Source: an uncultured Chloroflexia bacterium | Lineage (GTDB): Bacteria; Chloroflexota; Anaerolineae; B4-G1; SLSP01 | Assembly: GCA_963751345.1 (NCBI GenBank) | Contig: CAVVUS010000014.1 | Coordinates: forward strand, 243,394 to 307,393 | DNA length: 64,000 bases | Direction of reading: 5' to 3' | Part shown: in pieces, positions 10,322 to 21,149 of the stretch | Layout of the letters: every line of letters starts with the position of its first letter | Position numbering within the stretch: the first letter of the stretch is position 1 | The notes under the pieces: generated by a model | Databases searched by the model: none | What the model saw: only the letters and a program-made list of their open reading frames with translations | What the model was told of the DNA's origin: nothing | Translations under genes and position numbers: made by a program

Positions 10322-10897
10322 TCATAGGAGAATCCGCGACGGGCCAGTCGACCAACGAGGCGACGTCGGAACTCGTCGGGCGGCTAAGTTGCTCAAGCGC
10401 CGTGCCTGTTCCTGCGCCACTTTTGTGATAGCAGCGACCTCGTCGTAGTCTTCAAGGGCAACCTCTATCGCATCCGAAGCGATGCCCTTCTGGCCCAACT
10501 CATATCTTAGCATCCTACTTCCCCGAGGGCGGAAACTAGCCCGGTTGTCGCGCCAATAGCGGGCGAAAGCTTCATCGTCAACCAGCCCAACGCGCTTCAA
10601 ACGGACGATCACTTCTTCGATAACGTTCTCCGAAGAACCCTTATCTGCCAGGTACTCCCGCAACTCAGCTTCGCTGCGCGGTCGGTATGTGAGATAGTCC
10701 AACGCTCTGCTGTGGGCTTTCTCGATCACGTCGGCCACGTCAAGCTCGGCGATGACCTCATCGGATAACCACGAACCCACCTTCAGATGCGCGGCAACAG
10801 AAACCGCCAAGCCAAAAGCAAACTCACCATCCAGGTAGACATTCACCCGGTCCTTGGAACGTTTCTGAGGCTCCAGCGCCGTGATTCTTCCGGCCAT
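10322..10897 (-). CDS. recX: Regulatory protein RecX (C-terminus probably frameshifted)
   Basis: ITALEPQKRSKDRVNVYLDGEFAFG, ALDYLTYRPRSEAE, LVDDEAFA, ELGQKGI. Confidence 0.9.
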   Translation of the reverse strand: MAGRITALEPQKRSKDRVNVYLDGEFAFGLAVSVAAHLKVGSWLSDEVIAELDVADVIEKAHSRALDYLTYRPRSEAELREYLADKGSSENVIEEVIVRLKRVGLVDDEAFARYWRDNRASFRPRGSRMLRYELGQKGIASDAIEVALEDYDEVAAITKVAQEQARRLSNLAARRVPTSPRWSTGPSRILL

Positions 10898-10955
10898 ACC
10901 TATCCTAACGGCTGAACGTCGAAACATGTGGACGTGAGCACGTCTACAGAAACAC

Positions 10956-10988
10956 AAAAACGGCTATGGCAGACTTACCATAGCCGTT
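10956..10988 (-). terminator. Intrinsic terminator/attenuator upstream of recX
   Basis: AACGGCTATGG...CCATAGCCGTT stem plus U-tract on the minus strand. Confidence 0.85.
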
Positions 10989-11405
10989 GAGCACGCGGGC
11001 CGCCCCCGCCCTGAAAGGCAAACCTGGCTAAGACATACGAATGTCGTCGGAGACATCCATGCCGCTCGGGTCACAAATCTTCCTACGAGCGACCGCCTCC
11101 GAAAACACTCCCCTCGAAAACGTTCAAACACCTCGACGTTCTAACGTCAAAACGCTTGAACGTCCGAACGTCTCAACGTTCCCTGTCAGAGCCATCCACA
11201 TTCCAGACTGAACCATGGGCGTTCCCACAGCTTGCGATTTCCACAACAGCTAGACTCGTCTACCACACGGATCCAGTCCCGACTTCGATGTCCCGGTGCA
11301 CAGGCCGCGAACTCAGGCACATACCCTGTTCACACGCAAACACTTTACAGCGGTAAAGTCACCAAAACATCGTGACGCGTCGGGTTGCTCCATCACCTCA
11401 TCCGC
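10956..11405 (-). ncRNA. Candidate large structured RNA or leader of unknown family
   Basis: No credible ORF; many nested helices with minus-strand G-U pairs; TAGAAT hexamers at 11406-11420; ends in a terminator. Confidence 0.5.
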
Positions 11406-11504
11406 ATTCTATCTATTCTACACTAGTCTTGGATAAAAGGAAGACCCGCACGCAACACGCGCGCGGCGACCTGCCGCACTCCGCATGAGGTGCGTCGCGT
11501 CGTC

Positions 11505-11532
11505 TTGCCAATATCGACGATCTGGGTATAAT
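11505..11532 (+). promoter_or_regulatory. sigma70-type promoter of tRNA-Thr
   Basis: TTGCCA-16 bp-TATAAT. Confidence 0.75.
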
Positions 11533-11545
11533 GTTCGGGCTAAGC

Positions 11546-11618
11546 GCCACCCTAGCTCAATCGGCAGAGCAGACGCTTCGTAAGCGCCAGGTTCTGGGTT
11601 CAATTCCCAGGGGTGGCT
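11546..11618 (+). tRNA. tRNA-Thr (anticodon CGT)
   Basis: Acceptor stem GCCACCC/GGGTGGC, D-arm GCTC/GAGC, anticodon loop TTCGTAA, T-arm CTGGG-TTCAATT-CCCAG; CCA not encoded. Confidence 0.95.
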
Positions 11619-11620
11619 CT

Positions 11621-11650
11621 AAAGCCCCGGCAGCATTCGGGGCTTTTTTC
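11621..11650 (+). terminator. Intrinsic terminator after tRNA
   Basis: AAAGCCCCG...CGGGGCTTTTTT. Confidence 0.85.
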
Positions 11651-11672
11651 TTATAGGGGAATCGTGCAACCA

Positions 11673-12686
11673 ATGCGGATCAGGCGGCTGGCGAACCAGC
11701 TATGGGGAGGGTTGGGTGACCAAAGGCTTGCCCTTCTGGCCCTGGTCCTCCTGTCAATCACCCAGATTGCCGCCTTCATCCTTCCCCAGATCCCCGTCTC
11801 GTCGGACCAGAGCGTGCTGTTCAATCGCTGGCTGGCCGAGTTTCGTCCACGATTGGGCGAGGCCGCCCGCCCCCTCGCAGCGTTGGGCCTTCTGACAATC
11901 CGTGCTTCATACCTTCTCCGGGCGATCCTGGCGTTTTTCGGCCTGCTCGTCGCGGCCAACTTGGACCGGCTGCGTGAGATCCGGCGCGCTCGGACCCCGA
12001 TGCCCAGGCAGATCGGGCGAATCTTGATCTGCATAGGTGGCCTGCTGATCATCGGTGGTTGGGCGGGCCAAATGAGTGCGGGTTGGCGCGACCCGGAGGT
12101 CATCGCGTGGCCCGGCGCGGAGATCGCCGTTCCGGACCACAATCTGTCGCTCCCGCAACCCTCCGGCCCGCTCGGTGTTTGGCGCGGGGGCTATGGCTAC
12201 TATGTCATCTCCCGAGGCCAACGCATCGGGCTCGAGATCCAGGCCGCCGACGATGCAGGCGACAGCCTCCCGCTCCTACCGGCGGTGGGCGAAGCCCCAC
12301 AGCCAAGCTTGCGGCTGGCTTTCACGACGGCAGAGCCCGAGGCATTCTTCGCCATTCAGGAAGCCGGCCTGATCTTTCGGCTGAACCAGATTGCTGACAA
12401 CATCCAGGTGCAAGCGTACCGCAGCGCCAGCGGTGAGTTACTCACCGAAGTTCAGCTCGACGGCAACGCGACATCCACGCTGCAGCTTGACGGGACCAAA
12501 GTGACCATCGTCCAGACCCTTCTCCCACGCTATGAAGTGATCTATAATCCAGGTGCCGCTCTTGAGGGCAGTGGGATGGTGCTCTTCGCCGTGGGCGCGG
12601 TGCTTGGTACATTGCACAGCGCTCGGCGGCACGTGAGACGAAGCTTGCTGGACGAAGCGTCAGAGCAGCACGAGACGACGGGGTAG
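11673..12686 (+). CDS. Membrane protein with topology resembling a ResB-like cytochrome c biogenesis protein
   Basis: Three N-terminal TMs with a LPQ motif, an extracytoplasmic beta region, and YNPG before the last TM. Confidence 0.45.
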   Translation: MRIRRLANQLWGGLGDQRLALLALVLLSITQIAAFILPQIPVSSDQSVLFNRWLAEFRPRLGEAARPLAALGLLTIRASYLLRAILAFFGLLVAANLDRLREIRRARTPMPRQIGRILICIGGLLIIGGWAGQMSAGWRDPEVIAWPGAEIAVPDHNLSLPQPSGPLGVWRGGYGYYVISRGQRIGLEIQAADDAGDSLPLLPAVGEAPQPSLRLAFTTAEPEAFFAIQEAGLIFRLNQIADNIQVQAYRSASGELLTEVQLDGNATSTLQLDGTKVTIVQTLLPRYEVIYNPGAALEGSGMVLFAVGAVLGTLHSARRHVRRSLLDEASEQHETTG

Positions 12687-12701
12687 GGAGTCAGAGCCGG
12701 C

Positions 12702-13320
<619 letters not shown>

Positions 13321-13419
13321 GTGCCGCTTCGAGGGCGCGCCGATGTATGCAGTGGGGACTGACCATTACCTGATCCGAGGCTACAGCGAGACCCATCACA
13401 GCCCCTCGCAGGTCTAGCT

Positions 13420-14865
13420 ATGCAGGAGAGCCTGGCCAAACGTGCCATCTCCTCGACGCTCTGGCAGAGCAGCGCCAGCCTCATCACTACCGCCATTGTC
13501 TTTGTGCGCTCGGTTCTCCTCGCTCGCTGGGTACCCGTCGAAGCATTCGGCATCTATGGGTATGCGGGCGCTATCATCGGCTTCAGCTCGATCCTCGCGG
13601 ATTTCGGCATGGGTGCGGCCTTCATCCACCAGACCCAGGAAACGGAAGACGAATCTGAGGCTGCCGCCAACTATCTCGCCGTCAAGGCCATCTTGGCCAT
13701 CGTTTGGGCAGCCCTGGTCATCGCCTGCAGTCGGATCTTCATCGCGCCACAATACCGCCCGGCCCTGGTTATCCTGACCCTGATCCAAGCTGGGACGAGC
13801 CTCACGGCTGTTCCACGGCTGATTCTGCAGCGGCGTGTTGTTCACAGGCGGCTCTCGCTGCTCAGTACTCTGGATATCGTCGTAGGCAGCGCCGCCGCTC
13901 TGAGTCTTGCGCTGCTAAGGCAGCCTCTCTGGGCGTTGATGGTCACAAACCTCGCCGGGCTCGTCGTTAACGTCATCGGGCTGTACGTTTGGCGTCCCGT
14001 CTGGCGCCCGAAATTACGCTGGTCCCCACCCGTCGTGCGCTATCTATTGGGATTTGGTGCCCGCAGTTTTGTGGCAGGTCTGCTCGCCCGAGCTTTGGAT
14101 CAACTGGATGACATCTGGACGGGGAGCGTGCTTGGCAGTGTGGCCGTTGGCTTCTATAGTAAGGCTTATTCCTTTGCCACCTACCCCAGGAAGGTCGTCG
14201 CGGCTCCCCTCATAGCGGTGTCGACCGGGAGTTATGCTGCTCTCAAGGGCGACCGGCAGCGGCTGTCCGAAGCCTTCTTCCGTGTGAATGCAGCGCTGGT
14301 GAGATCAAGCTTTCTGTTCGGTGGGCTGTTGGCGCTAATCGCCCCGGAGTTCATCCGCATCCTCTTAGGTGCCCAATGGCTACCCATGTTGAATGCTTAC
14401 CGCCTCATGCTGGTCTTTACGTTACTCGATCCGATCAAGGTCACGATTGCCAATCTTTTCACCGCGGTTGGCAAACCCGAGCACGTGATCACGGCACGGG
14501 TTGTACAATTGCTGGTCCTGGTCGTTGGTCTCGCTGCGCTGGGCCCCCGGTTTGGTATCGCGGGCGTAGCCATCGCAGTTGACGTGATGCTCTTCATCGG
14601 TATAGTACTCTTGCTTTGGCGGGCACGGGCATACGTCGACTTCTCTCCTGTCCGCCTCTTCGGCATCCCCACCGTGGCACTGGCGCTCGGCATGGCGGTC
14701 GCCCGTGGGACACTGGCCCTCCCGGGGATCCTGGGCTCTGACTGGCGCACGGCAGGTGTAAAGATCTGTGCTTATGGTGTCGTCTACGCCGGCATGTTGC
14801 TGCTTATGGAGCGCCACGAGACAGCAAGAATGGTGAGGTGGACAGTCGCCACGCTGCGGTCCTAA
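13420..14865 (+). CDS. Polysaccharide flippase (Wzx/WzxC-like)
   Basis: Multi-TM MOP-family protein with LARW..FG, DFGMGAA and GFYSKAY. Confidence 0.88.
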   Translation: MQESLAKRAISSTLWQSSASLITTAIVFVRSVLLARWVPVEAFGIYGYAGAIIGFSSILADFGMGAAFIHQTQETEDESEAAANYLAVKAILAIVWAALVIACSRIFIAPQYRPALVILTLIQAGTSLTAVPRLILQRRVVHRRLSLLSTLDIVVGSAAALSLALLRQPLWALMVTNLAGLVVNVIGLYVWRPVWRPKLRWSPPVVRYLLGFGARSFVAGLLARALDQLDDIWTGSVLGSVAVGFYSKAYSFATYPRKVVAAPLIAVSTGSYAALKGDRQRLSEAFFRVNAALVRSSFLFGGLLALIAPEFIRILLGAQWLPMLNAYRLMLVFTLLDPIKVTIANLFTAVGKPEHVITARVVQLLVLVVGLAALGPRFGIAGVAIAVDVMLFIGIVLLLWRARAYVDFSPVRLFGIPTVALALGMAVARGTLALPGILGSDWRTAGVKICAYGVVYAGMLLLMERHETARMVRWTVATLRS

Positions 14866-14980
14866 CGACCGGCAACGAAAAGGCTTTGCTCTGCAATCAT
14901 TCCTGGTAGAATCCGGCTAATGCAGGATCTGAAGTAGGAGAGACCGCGGTTCGGACATTGAGGATCATCGTAAGAACCCT

Positions 14981-15826
14981 ATGACAACGACGGTGGAACA
15001 GCTTGACCTGCCGGTCACCATCATCAAGCCCAAACGAGGCTGGATCTCACTCGACTTGCGTGAGCTGTGGGAATATCGCGAATTGCTCTTCTTCCTCTCG
15101 TGGCGCGACATCAAGGTACGATATACGCAGACCGCCTTAGGGATCGCGTGGGCGATTCTCCAGCCCGTTTTCACGATGGTGATATTCAGTGTCTTCTTGG
15201 GCCGGCTGGCGAAGATCCCCTCCGAGAACATTCCGTATCCCATCTTTAGCTTTGCTGCTCTCGTGCCCTGGCAGTTCTTCGCCAATGGACTGAGCGCCTC
15301 GGCGGACAGCCTGGTGGCTAGCGCCAATCTCCTGAAAAAAGTCTATTTCCCGCGGCTCGTGATTCCCATTTCAGCCGTGCTCTCGGGTGCACTGGACTTT
15401 GCCATCGCCTTTGTTGTACTACTCGGGATGATGCTGGCCTACGGCATTGTGCCAACCTGGAACGTTCTGTGGCTTCCACTGCTGATATTGCTGGCACTGG
15501 TGACGTCGTTAGGCGTGGGACTATGGCTAACCGCGATGAACGTGCAATTTCGCGATGTCCGCTATGCCATCCCCTTTCTGGTTCAAGCCTGGATGTATGC
15601 CTCGCCCATCGTTTATCCCAGCACCATCTTGAGTGAGCCCTGGCGGACCGTCTACGGTATCAACCCCATGGTCGGTGTCGTCGAAGGCTTCCGTTGGGCG
15701 CTGCTGGGCACAGACACGGCGCCCGGCCCGATGGTCCTGGTCTCGTCGCTGGTCGCGATTGCACTTCTGTTCAGCGGTGCTTACTACTTCCGGAGAATGG
15801 AGAAGAGCTTCGCGGATGTGGTCTGA
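14981..15826 (+). CDS. wzm: Polysaccharide ABC exporter permease
   Basis: RDIKVRY.QT.LG.AW, KKVYFPR, YASPIVYP, NPM. Confidence 0.92.
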   Translation: MTTTVEQLDLPVTIIKPKRGWISLDLRELWEYRELLFFLSWRDIKVRYTQTALGIAWAILQPVFTMVIFSVFLGRLAKIPSENIPYPIFSFAALVPWQFFANGLSASADSLVASANLLKKVYFPRLVIPISAVLSGALDFAIAFVVLLGMMLAYGIVPTWNVLWLPLLILLALVTSLGVGLWLTAMNVQFRDVRYAIPFLVQAWMYASPIVYPSTILSEPWRTVYGINPMVGVVEGFRWALLGTDTAPGPMVLVSSLVAIALLFSGAYYFRRMEKSFADVV

Positions 15827-15867
15827 ACGCTTACACATGCCAACCTTGAGGCGTTGAAACGAGCATA

Positions 15868-17154
15868 ATGTCTGATATTGCGATCCGAGTCGAAGGCTTA
15901 TCAAAGCAATACCGCATCGGTGGCCCGCAAGCGCACTACAAGACGCTGCGGGAATCGCTGATGGCCGCGGCGAAAGTCCCACTGCAACGGCTCCGTTCTA
16001 CCTTCGGACGGTCTGGCGGCGCACACCCCAACGACACGATCTGGGCCCTGAAGGACGTCTCCTTCGATATCAACCGCGGGGAGGTCGTCGGCATCATTGG
16101 GCGAAACGGAGCGGGGAAAAGCACACTACTCAAGATCCTCAGCCGTATCACTGAGCCGACCGACGGGTACGCTGAGCTTCACGGGCGGGTTGGTTCGCTG
16201 CTCGAGGTCGGGACCGGCTTTCATCCGGAACTGACCGGGCGGGACAACATCTACCTGAATGGCGCCATCCTCGGGATGAAGCGCGACGAGATCGAGCGCA
16301 AGTTTGACGAGATCGTAGACTTCGCCGAGATTGAGAAGTTCTTGGACACCCCGGTCAAGCACTATTCGAGCGGGATGTACGTGCGTCTCGCCTTTGCCGT
16401 CGCGGCACATCTCGAACCGGAGATTCTGCTGGTCGATGAAGTGCTCGCGGTGGGGGATGCTGCGTTCCAGAAGAAGTGCTTGGGGAAAATGGGAGACGTG
16501 GCGAAGAGTGGACGGACAGTGCTGTTTGTGAGTCACAATATGGCCGCGATCCTAAACCTATGTAGGAGAGGCATTCTGCTAAGACATGGGCATTTGGCCA
16601 TGTCCGGCGCTCCGCGCGAGGCGGCGGAACCGTATCTAGCAGAAGATGCAGAAACAACCGGAGAGGCATTGTTGTCAGCAGAGCCGGGAAAAGTCGCTGA
16701 CGGATTCTGCTTTAGGGGCATTCGAACACGAAGACCGGGCGGTGGGGTAATTGGCCAAATTCCCCTGGAAACGGGAGTTGATATCGAAATCACATACGAG
16801 CTTGCACATCCAGTGGGTGGGATGAATGTGGCGTTTCATCTCTTCGATAGCACAGGGATCTGCATCCTATCCAGTACAGATGTCGATCAGGATCCCTCAT
16901 CCATCGCCAAGCATCGTGAGCCCGGAAGGTATCAGGCTACATGCCATATTCCGTCGGAATACTTACGCCCCGGTAGATACTACCTTAGTCTGTCATCAAG
17001 TATTCCTCGTGTCAAGGTCCTAGCCAATCTAACACATGCGCTTTCTTTCGATATCGTGGACACAGGCAGCGTGGAGTCAACGATCGCTCAAGGGCGACAA
17101 GGCGTGATCTCGCCAATCCTCGAATGGTCCACACTACATATTGATGAACCATGA
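15868..17154 (+). CDS. wzt: Polysaccharide ABC exporter ATPase with Wzt_C domain
   Basis: GRNGAGKST, YSSGM, LLVDEVLAVGD; C-terminal LRPGRY domain. Confidence 0.92.
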   Translation: MSDIAIRVEGLSKQYRIGGPQAHYKTLRESLMAAAKVPLQRLRSTFGRSGGAHPNDTIWALKDVSFDINRGEVVGIIGRNGAGKSTLLKILSRITEPTDGYAELHGRVGSLLEVGTGFHPELTGRDNIYLNGAILGMKRDEIERKFDEIVDFAEIEKFLDTPVKHYSSGMYVRLAFAVAAHLEPEILLVDEVLAVGDAAFQKKCLGKMGDVAKSGRTVLFVSHNMAAILNLCRRGILLRHGHLAMSGAPREAAEPYLAEDAETTGEALLSAEPGKVADGFCFRGIRTRRPGGGVIGQIPLETGVDIEITYELAHPVGGMNVAFHLFDSTGICILSSTDVDQDPSSIAKHREPGRYQATCHIPSEYLRPGRYYLSLSSSIPRVKVLANLTHALSFDIVDTGSVESTIAQGRQGVISPILEWSTLHIDEP

Positions 17155-17271
17155 AGATTGGCAAAGAGTCATTGCGGCGATTGCCTGAACGAAATGCCCT
17201 CTTGCGTTTGTGTCACCGGGTAAGATCTGCTCTCAAGAATAGGCTATTACCTCCAGAACGATTGGGCAACC

Positions 17272-18387
17272 TTGACCTTCGAAAGGAGAAGACCACGACC
17301 GCTCACTAAGAGAGCACTGCTCTCTTACATAGTGCATCCGTTTGCCACTTCGCCGGATACTACTCGCTTCCCGCCTCACATCAATATCTGGCACGCCTGG
17401 GAAATGGTCAGAGTACTGAATCAACTGGGCTTTATTGTCGATGTCGTCGATTACAGAGATGAAGGTTTTGCGCCAAGTCAGAGATATGACCTATTTATCG
17501 GTCACGGGGGTATCAATTACGTGAAGATCGCTGGCCGGCTGCATGCGAGCGCAACGAAGATCTACTTCTCGACCGGATGCTACTGGAAGTTCCACAACGA
17601 GCAGGAATTGGCCCGCTTTTCCGCGCTTAGAGAACGGCGAGGCGTTACCCTACCACCGGATCGGCTTATCACCACCAGCGAAGAGGAAGCCTTGCTGGCA
17701 GCTGATGGCATCGTCGGAATAGGCAACGATTTCACGAAAAACACATATGTGGGCTACTCACCCATCACTATGATCAACGGTACCTCACTGTTTGATGATC
17801 ACTATGATCAGCACGACAAGAATTTCGATAAGGGTAGAGAGCATTTCCTCTATTTTGCTCGTTCAGGCAACGTACACAAAGGCCTGGACCTATTGCTAGA
17901 GGCATTTGCAGATCTAAGACAACATCTATGGATCTGTTCCAAAATCGATCAGGGATTCGCAGACGTTTACTCAAAGGAACTGCACGACCTACCAAATATC
18001 CATCTAGTGAGTTGGGTGCAGGAACGTTTTGCCAAGTTCTATGAAATGATGGATACATGTAACTTTGTCATCTTGCCTTCCTGCAGTGAAGGACAGGCTC
18101 AGTCTGTAGTAAAATGCATGAATCAAGGGCTAATTCCTATCGTCAGTTCAGCATGTGGACTGGCGGTCGGCGGCTACGGAGTCTCACTAACACCCTGTAC
18201 CATCGAGCAGATCGCGAGAGTTCTCCCGATGCTCGCCTCCACTTCGGCCACATCATGCAGAAAGATGTCCCTAGAAGTACGTAAAGTTGCTGCCCTAGAC
18301 TTCTCGGAGAGTGCGTTTACCTACAGCTTTACCGAGGCAATTCGCTACTACATCGCTCAGACAGAGCCCAGTAAGCGACGGCAGTAG
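17272..18387 (+). CDS. GT4-family glycosyltransferase (true start probably further upstream)
   Basis: HKGLDLLLEAF, PSCSEG, CMNQGLIPIVS. Confidence 0.8.
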   Translation: MTFERRRPRPLTKRALLSYIVHPFATSPDTTRFPPHINIWHAWEMVRVLNQLGFIVDVVDYRDEGFAPSQRYDLFIGHGGINYVKIAGRLHASATKIYFSTGCYWKFHNEQELARFSALRERRGVTLPPDRLITTSEEEALLAADGIVGIGNDFTKNTYVGYSPITMINGTSLFDDHYDQHDKNFDKGREHFLYFARSGNVHKGLDLLLEAFADLRQHLWICSKIDQGFADVYSKELHDLPNIHLVSWVQERFAKFYEMMDTCNFVILPSCSEGQAQSVVKCMNQGLIPIVSSACGLAVGGYGVSLTPCTIEQIARVLPMLASTSATSCRKMSLEVRKVAALDFSESAFTYSFTEAIRYYIAQTEPSKRRQ

Positions 18388-18599
18388 GGAAAGGTTGGAG
18401 TGCCTTAAGCTGACTCTGTAAAGCGACTAGGTAACTTACTTTCGCACGTTCGCAGGCAGATTGAAAGCCGCAGCCCTACGCACAATAGGCCGATCGAGAG
18501 CTCAGGGAGGCTCCCACTCACAAGGGCCCTTACTCTTGATACCTGCTTTAGTGGAACGAATTCGGCAACCTCTCCACTGGTCGAGAAGCCGCAGCACAA

Positions 18600-19335
18600 C
18601 TTGCACCATAAAGATGGACATCAGATGATCCAGGAAGAGCACGGGGTATCACCGAGGTGGATGTGGTACGCTGGGAAGAAGCGCAACGCTACGAACATCG
18701 GGTATGGATGGGGGAAAGTGGGCTCAACGCCGGGGAGGACCGCAATAAGGCACACGAACGAGCCTTCAGTAACTACGCAGTCATCCGTGGAGAGCGCTTC
18801 GAGAACGCTATCGAGATCGGGTGTGGTCCATTCACGAGACATGATCCGCATTCTGAAGTACGTTCGATGCAAAGATTACCCTCCTCGATCCGCTCATGAA
18901 GATATGACTATCTCCTCCACCCCAATTGCACGTACAGACGCAAACGGCTCGGAGGGTGGCCGGGCGTGAATGTCCAGACCATTGCCATGCCGATCGAGAA
19001 CTTCGCCACTAGTCAGAGCTATGATCTAGTGGTGGTTGTCAATGTGCTGGAACACTGTTTTTCGGCATCGAAGTTCTTTGACCAAATCCTTTCTCTCACA
19101 GCGCCACACGGCACTTTCTGGTATTCTATGACAAGCTTATCCCAGCCACGATGATCCATACCTTCGTTGAGAACATCTTACGATGCTGGCCATCCACTGC
19201 GTATAGCTGGAGATCTGATTCTGAGATTTCTGAGCGGAAACTACAACCAAGTCTACAACGAACATGAGTCAATACCCTCCCCCATTGGTCAGTTTGATTC
19301 TGTCTACTTTATCGGCAAGAAGAGAGGGTAACTCG
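18600..19335 (+). pseudogene. Class I SAM methyltransferase with multiple frameshifts
   Basis: Fragments EIGCGP and YDLVVVVNVLEH in different frames; boundaries approximate. Confidence 0.55.
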
Positions 19336-19344
19336 TAATGCGGA

Positions 19345-20019
19345 TTGCATGGAAGTTGCCCAGAGGCTTCGGATGATCATCGCAAGGACGTTCCCTGGAC
19401 GCTTTCCAGACCTGTACTCAACCCTAGATCACCCTATGGTCGGCTACCGTACAGGCCGCAGCATACCAGCTCGCTGTCAGTGACTACATCCATCCAGGCG
19501 ATCGGATCCTGGATGTTGGGTTCGGCTAGGCTATGGACTCAGAATGATGGCACATGAAGCCGAGGAGTTGTGCGGCATTGAGATTGATCGTAGGGCGTCT
19601 CTAGGGGAGTAAGATTCCTTCGGGGGATTCCAGCAATTCGCGAACTTCAGCAATACGATGGATGTACAATTCCCTATCAGAGCGCTGCCTTTGATGTTGT
19701 TACCTGTATAGACGTTCTAGAGCACGTCCACGACTATGTAGGACTAATCAGGGAGCTTCTTCGAACATCAAAGCGGGTGGTTCTAATCTCTACGCCAAAC
19801 CGCCGTCCTGAATACACGATGCCCGATGGAAGGCCTCGGAACCGCTGGCATTTGCGTGAATGGTCCTTTGAAGAACTGGATACCATCTTACGAGCAGTTC
19901 CCCATATCGATATAGAGTGGAATTTCTTGAGCGGCCCGTGGGAAGGGCCTTGCGAGCGCACATCAACCATATCTTCGGAAACCTTGGCCCTGACGCCAGC
20001 TCTCCTAATGCGAAGATGA
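19345..20019 (+). pseudogene. Class I SAM methyltransferase, fragmented
   Basis: ILDVGFG, FDVVTCIDVLEHV and LISTPN...HLREW fragments. Confidence 0.6.
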
Positions 20020-20026
20020 GCCTTGC

Positions 20027-21100
20027 ATGGGGGACAGACTGAGACTGACCGTTGATGGTGTCATCTTCCAGCTACAGACATACGGAGGGATCTCGCGTCT
20101 ATTCAGTGAGATACTACCCCGAATGTGCGATCAATTCCCGCGCCTGTACATCACTCTGCTGACGGAAGGCAAACTCCAGCAGGATCCACCGCTTCACGAA
20201 CGTATCTCCAACCGCGCGATTCCCGATGTTGGACGCTACCTACACCCCGACGGATATGGCAGCCTGCCGCACAGATCGTCCGACGCCTTGTAAGAGAGCG
20301 GTATGTGGAACTTGGAGAAGACCGGATCTGGCACTCCACATACTACACGATGCCAACTCGGTGGGATGGTAAACAGGTTGTTACAGTAATGGACATGATC
20401 CACGAGCACTATGCTGGGTTGTTCACCGGACAAACAAACGACAACTTCCGGGCACGAAAGGAAGAATGTGTCTCAAGGGCTGATGCAGTCATTTGTATAT
20501 CACAGACCACACGCCTGGACGTAGAAAGGTACTATGGCATCAATGGCGGTGCCCGCTATGTTGTGCCCTTGGGTTACAGCCCTGTTTTCAGGCAGATGGG
20601 ACGAAATCAGGAGCAATCAAATCCACCGTACCCACAACCCTTCATGCTTTACGTTGGCAGGCGTTCACATTACAAGAACTTCAGCACACTGCTTCAGGCT
20701 TACAGTGTGTGGAAACACAGAAATGAAATCACCCTCGCCGCCGTTGGCCCTCCCTGGTCTCGTGTCGAGGAACAGCAATTAGCGAAGCTGGGAATCCACG
20801 ATCAGTGCACTACCTGACGAATGTAAACGACGAGGAACTGTGTCTGCTGTACAACGAGGCCATTGCTTTTGTCTATCCTTCTTTATACGAAGGCTTCGGG
20901 GTTCCTACTATAGGCGATGGCGAGCGGTTGTCTCATTGACCGCTTCCCGCATTTCTGCAACGATTCAAGTAGAATAGGAGAATGCCCAGTGTACTTTGAA
21001 GCTACCGCAACCGGGTTGCGGCTGAAGGCGTTAGACGTCTCACATTCTGGAGGGCAGAGACTTGAAACAAGTGTAGCTGGGACTTGAGCAGGCTGTCTCA
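20027..21100 (+). pseudogene. GT4 glycosyltransferase (WbaZ/MtfB-like), fragmented
   Basis: QTYGGISR, HSTYY, DMIHE, LYVGRRSHYKNF, YPSLYEGFG across frames. Confidence 0.7.
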
Positions 21101-21149
21101 ACATATCGGGGATCGGACTAATTAAAAACTGGAGGACTATCAAACGCCG

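Noticed and set aside
11313-11393. 26-aa minus-strand ORF MEQPDASRC... as a leader peptide
   Set aside because: The RBS-like sequence abuts the ATG and the ORF lies within paired helices; no support for translation.
11546-11650. tRNA-Thr as an integration site for an island or prophage
   Set aside because: No integrase and no duplicated tRNA 3' end were seen in the window.
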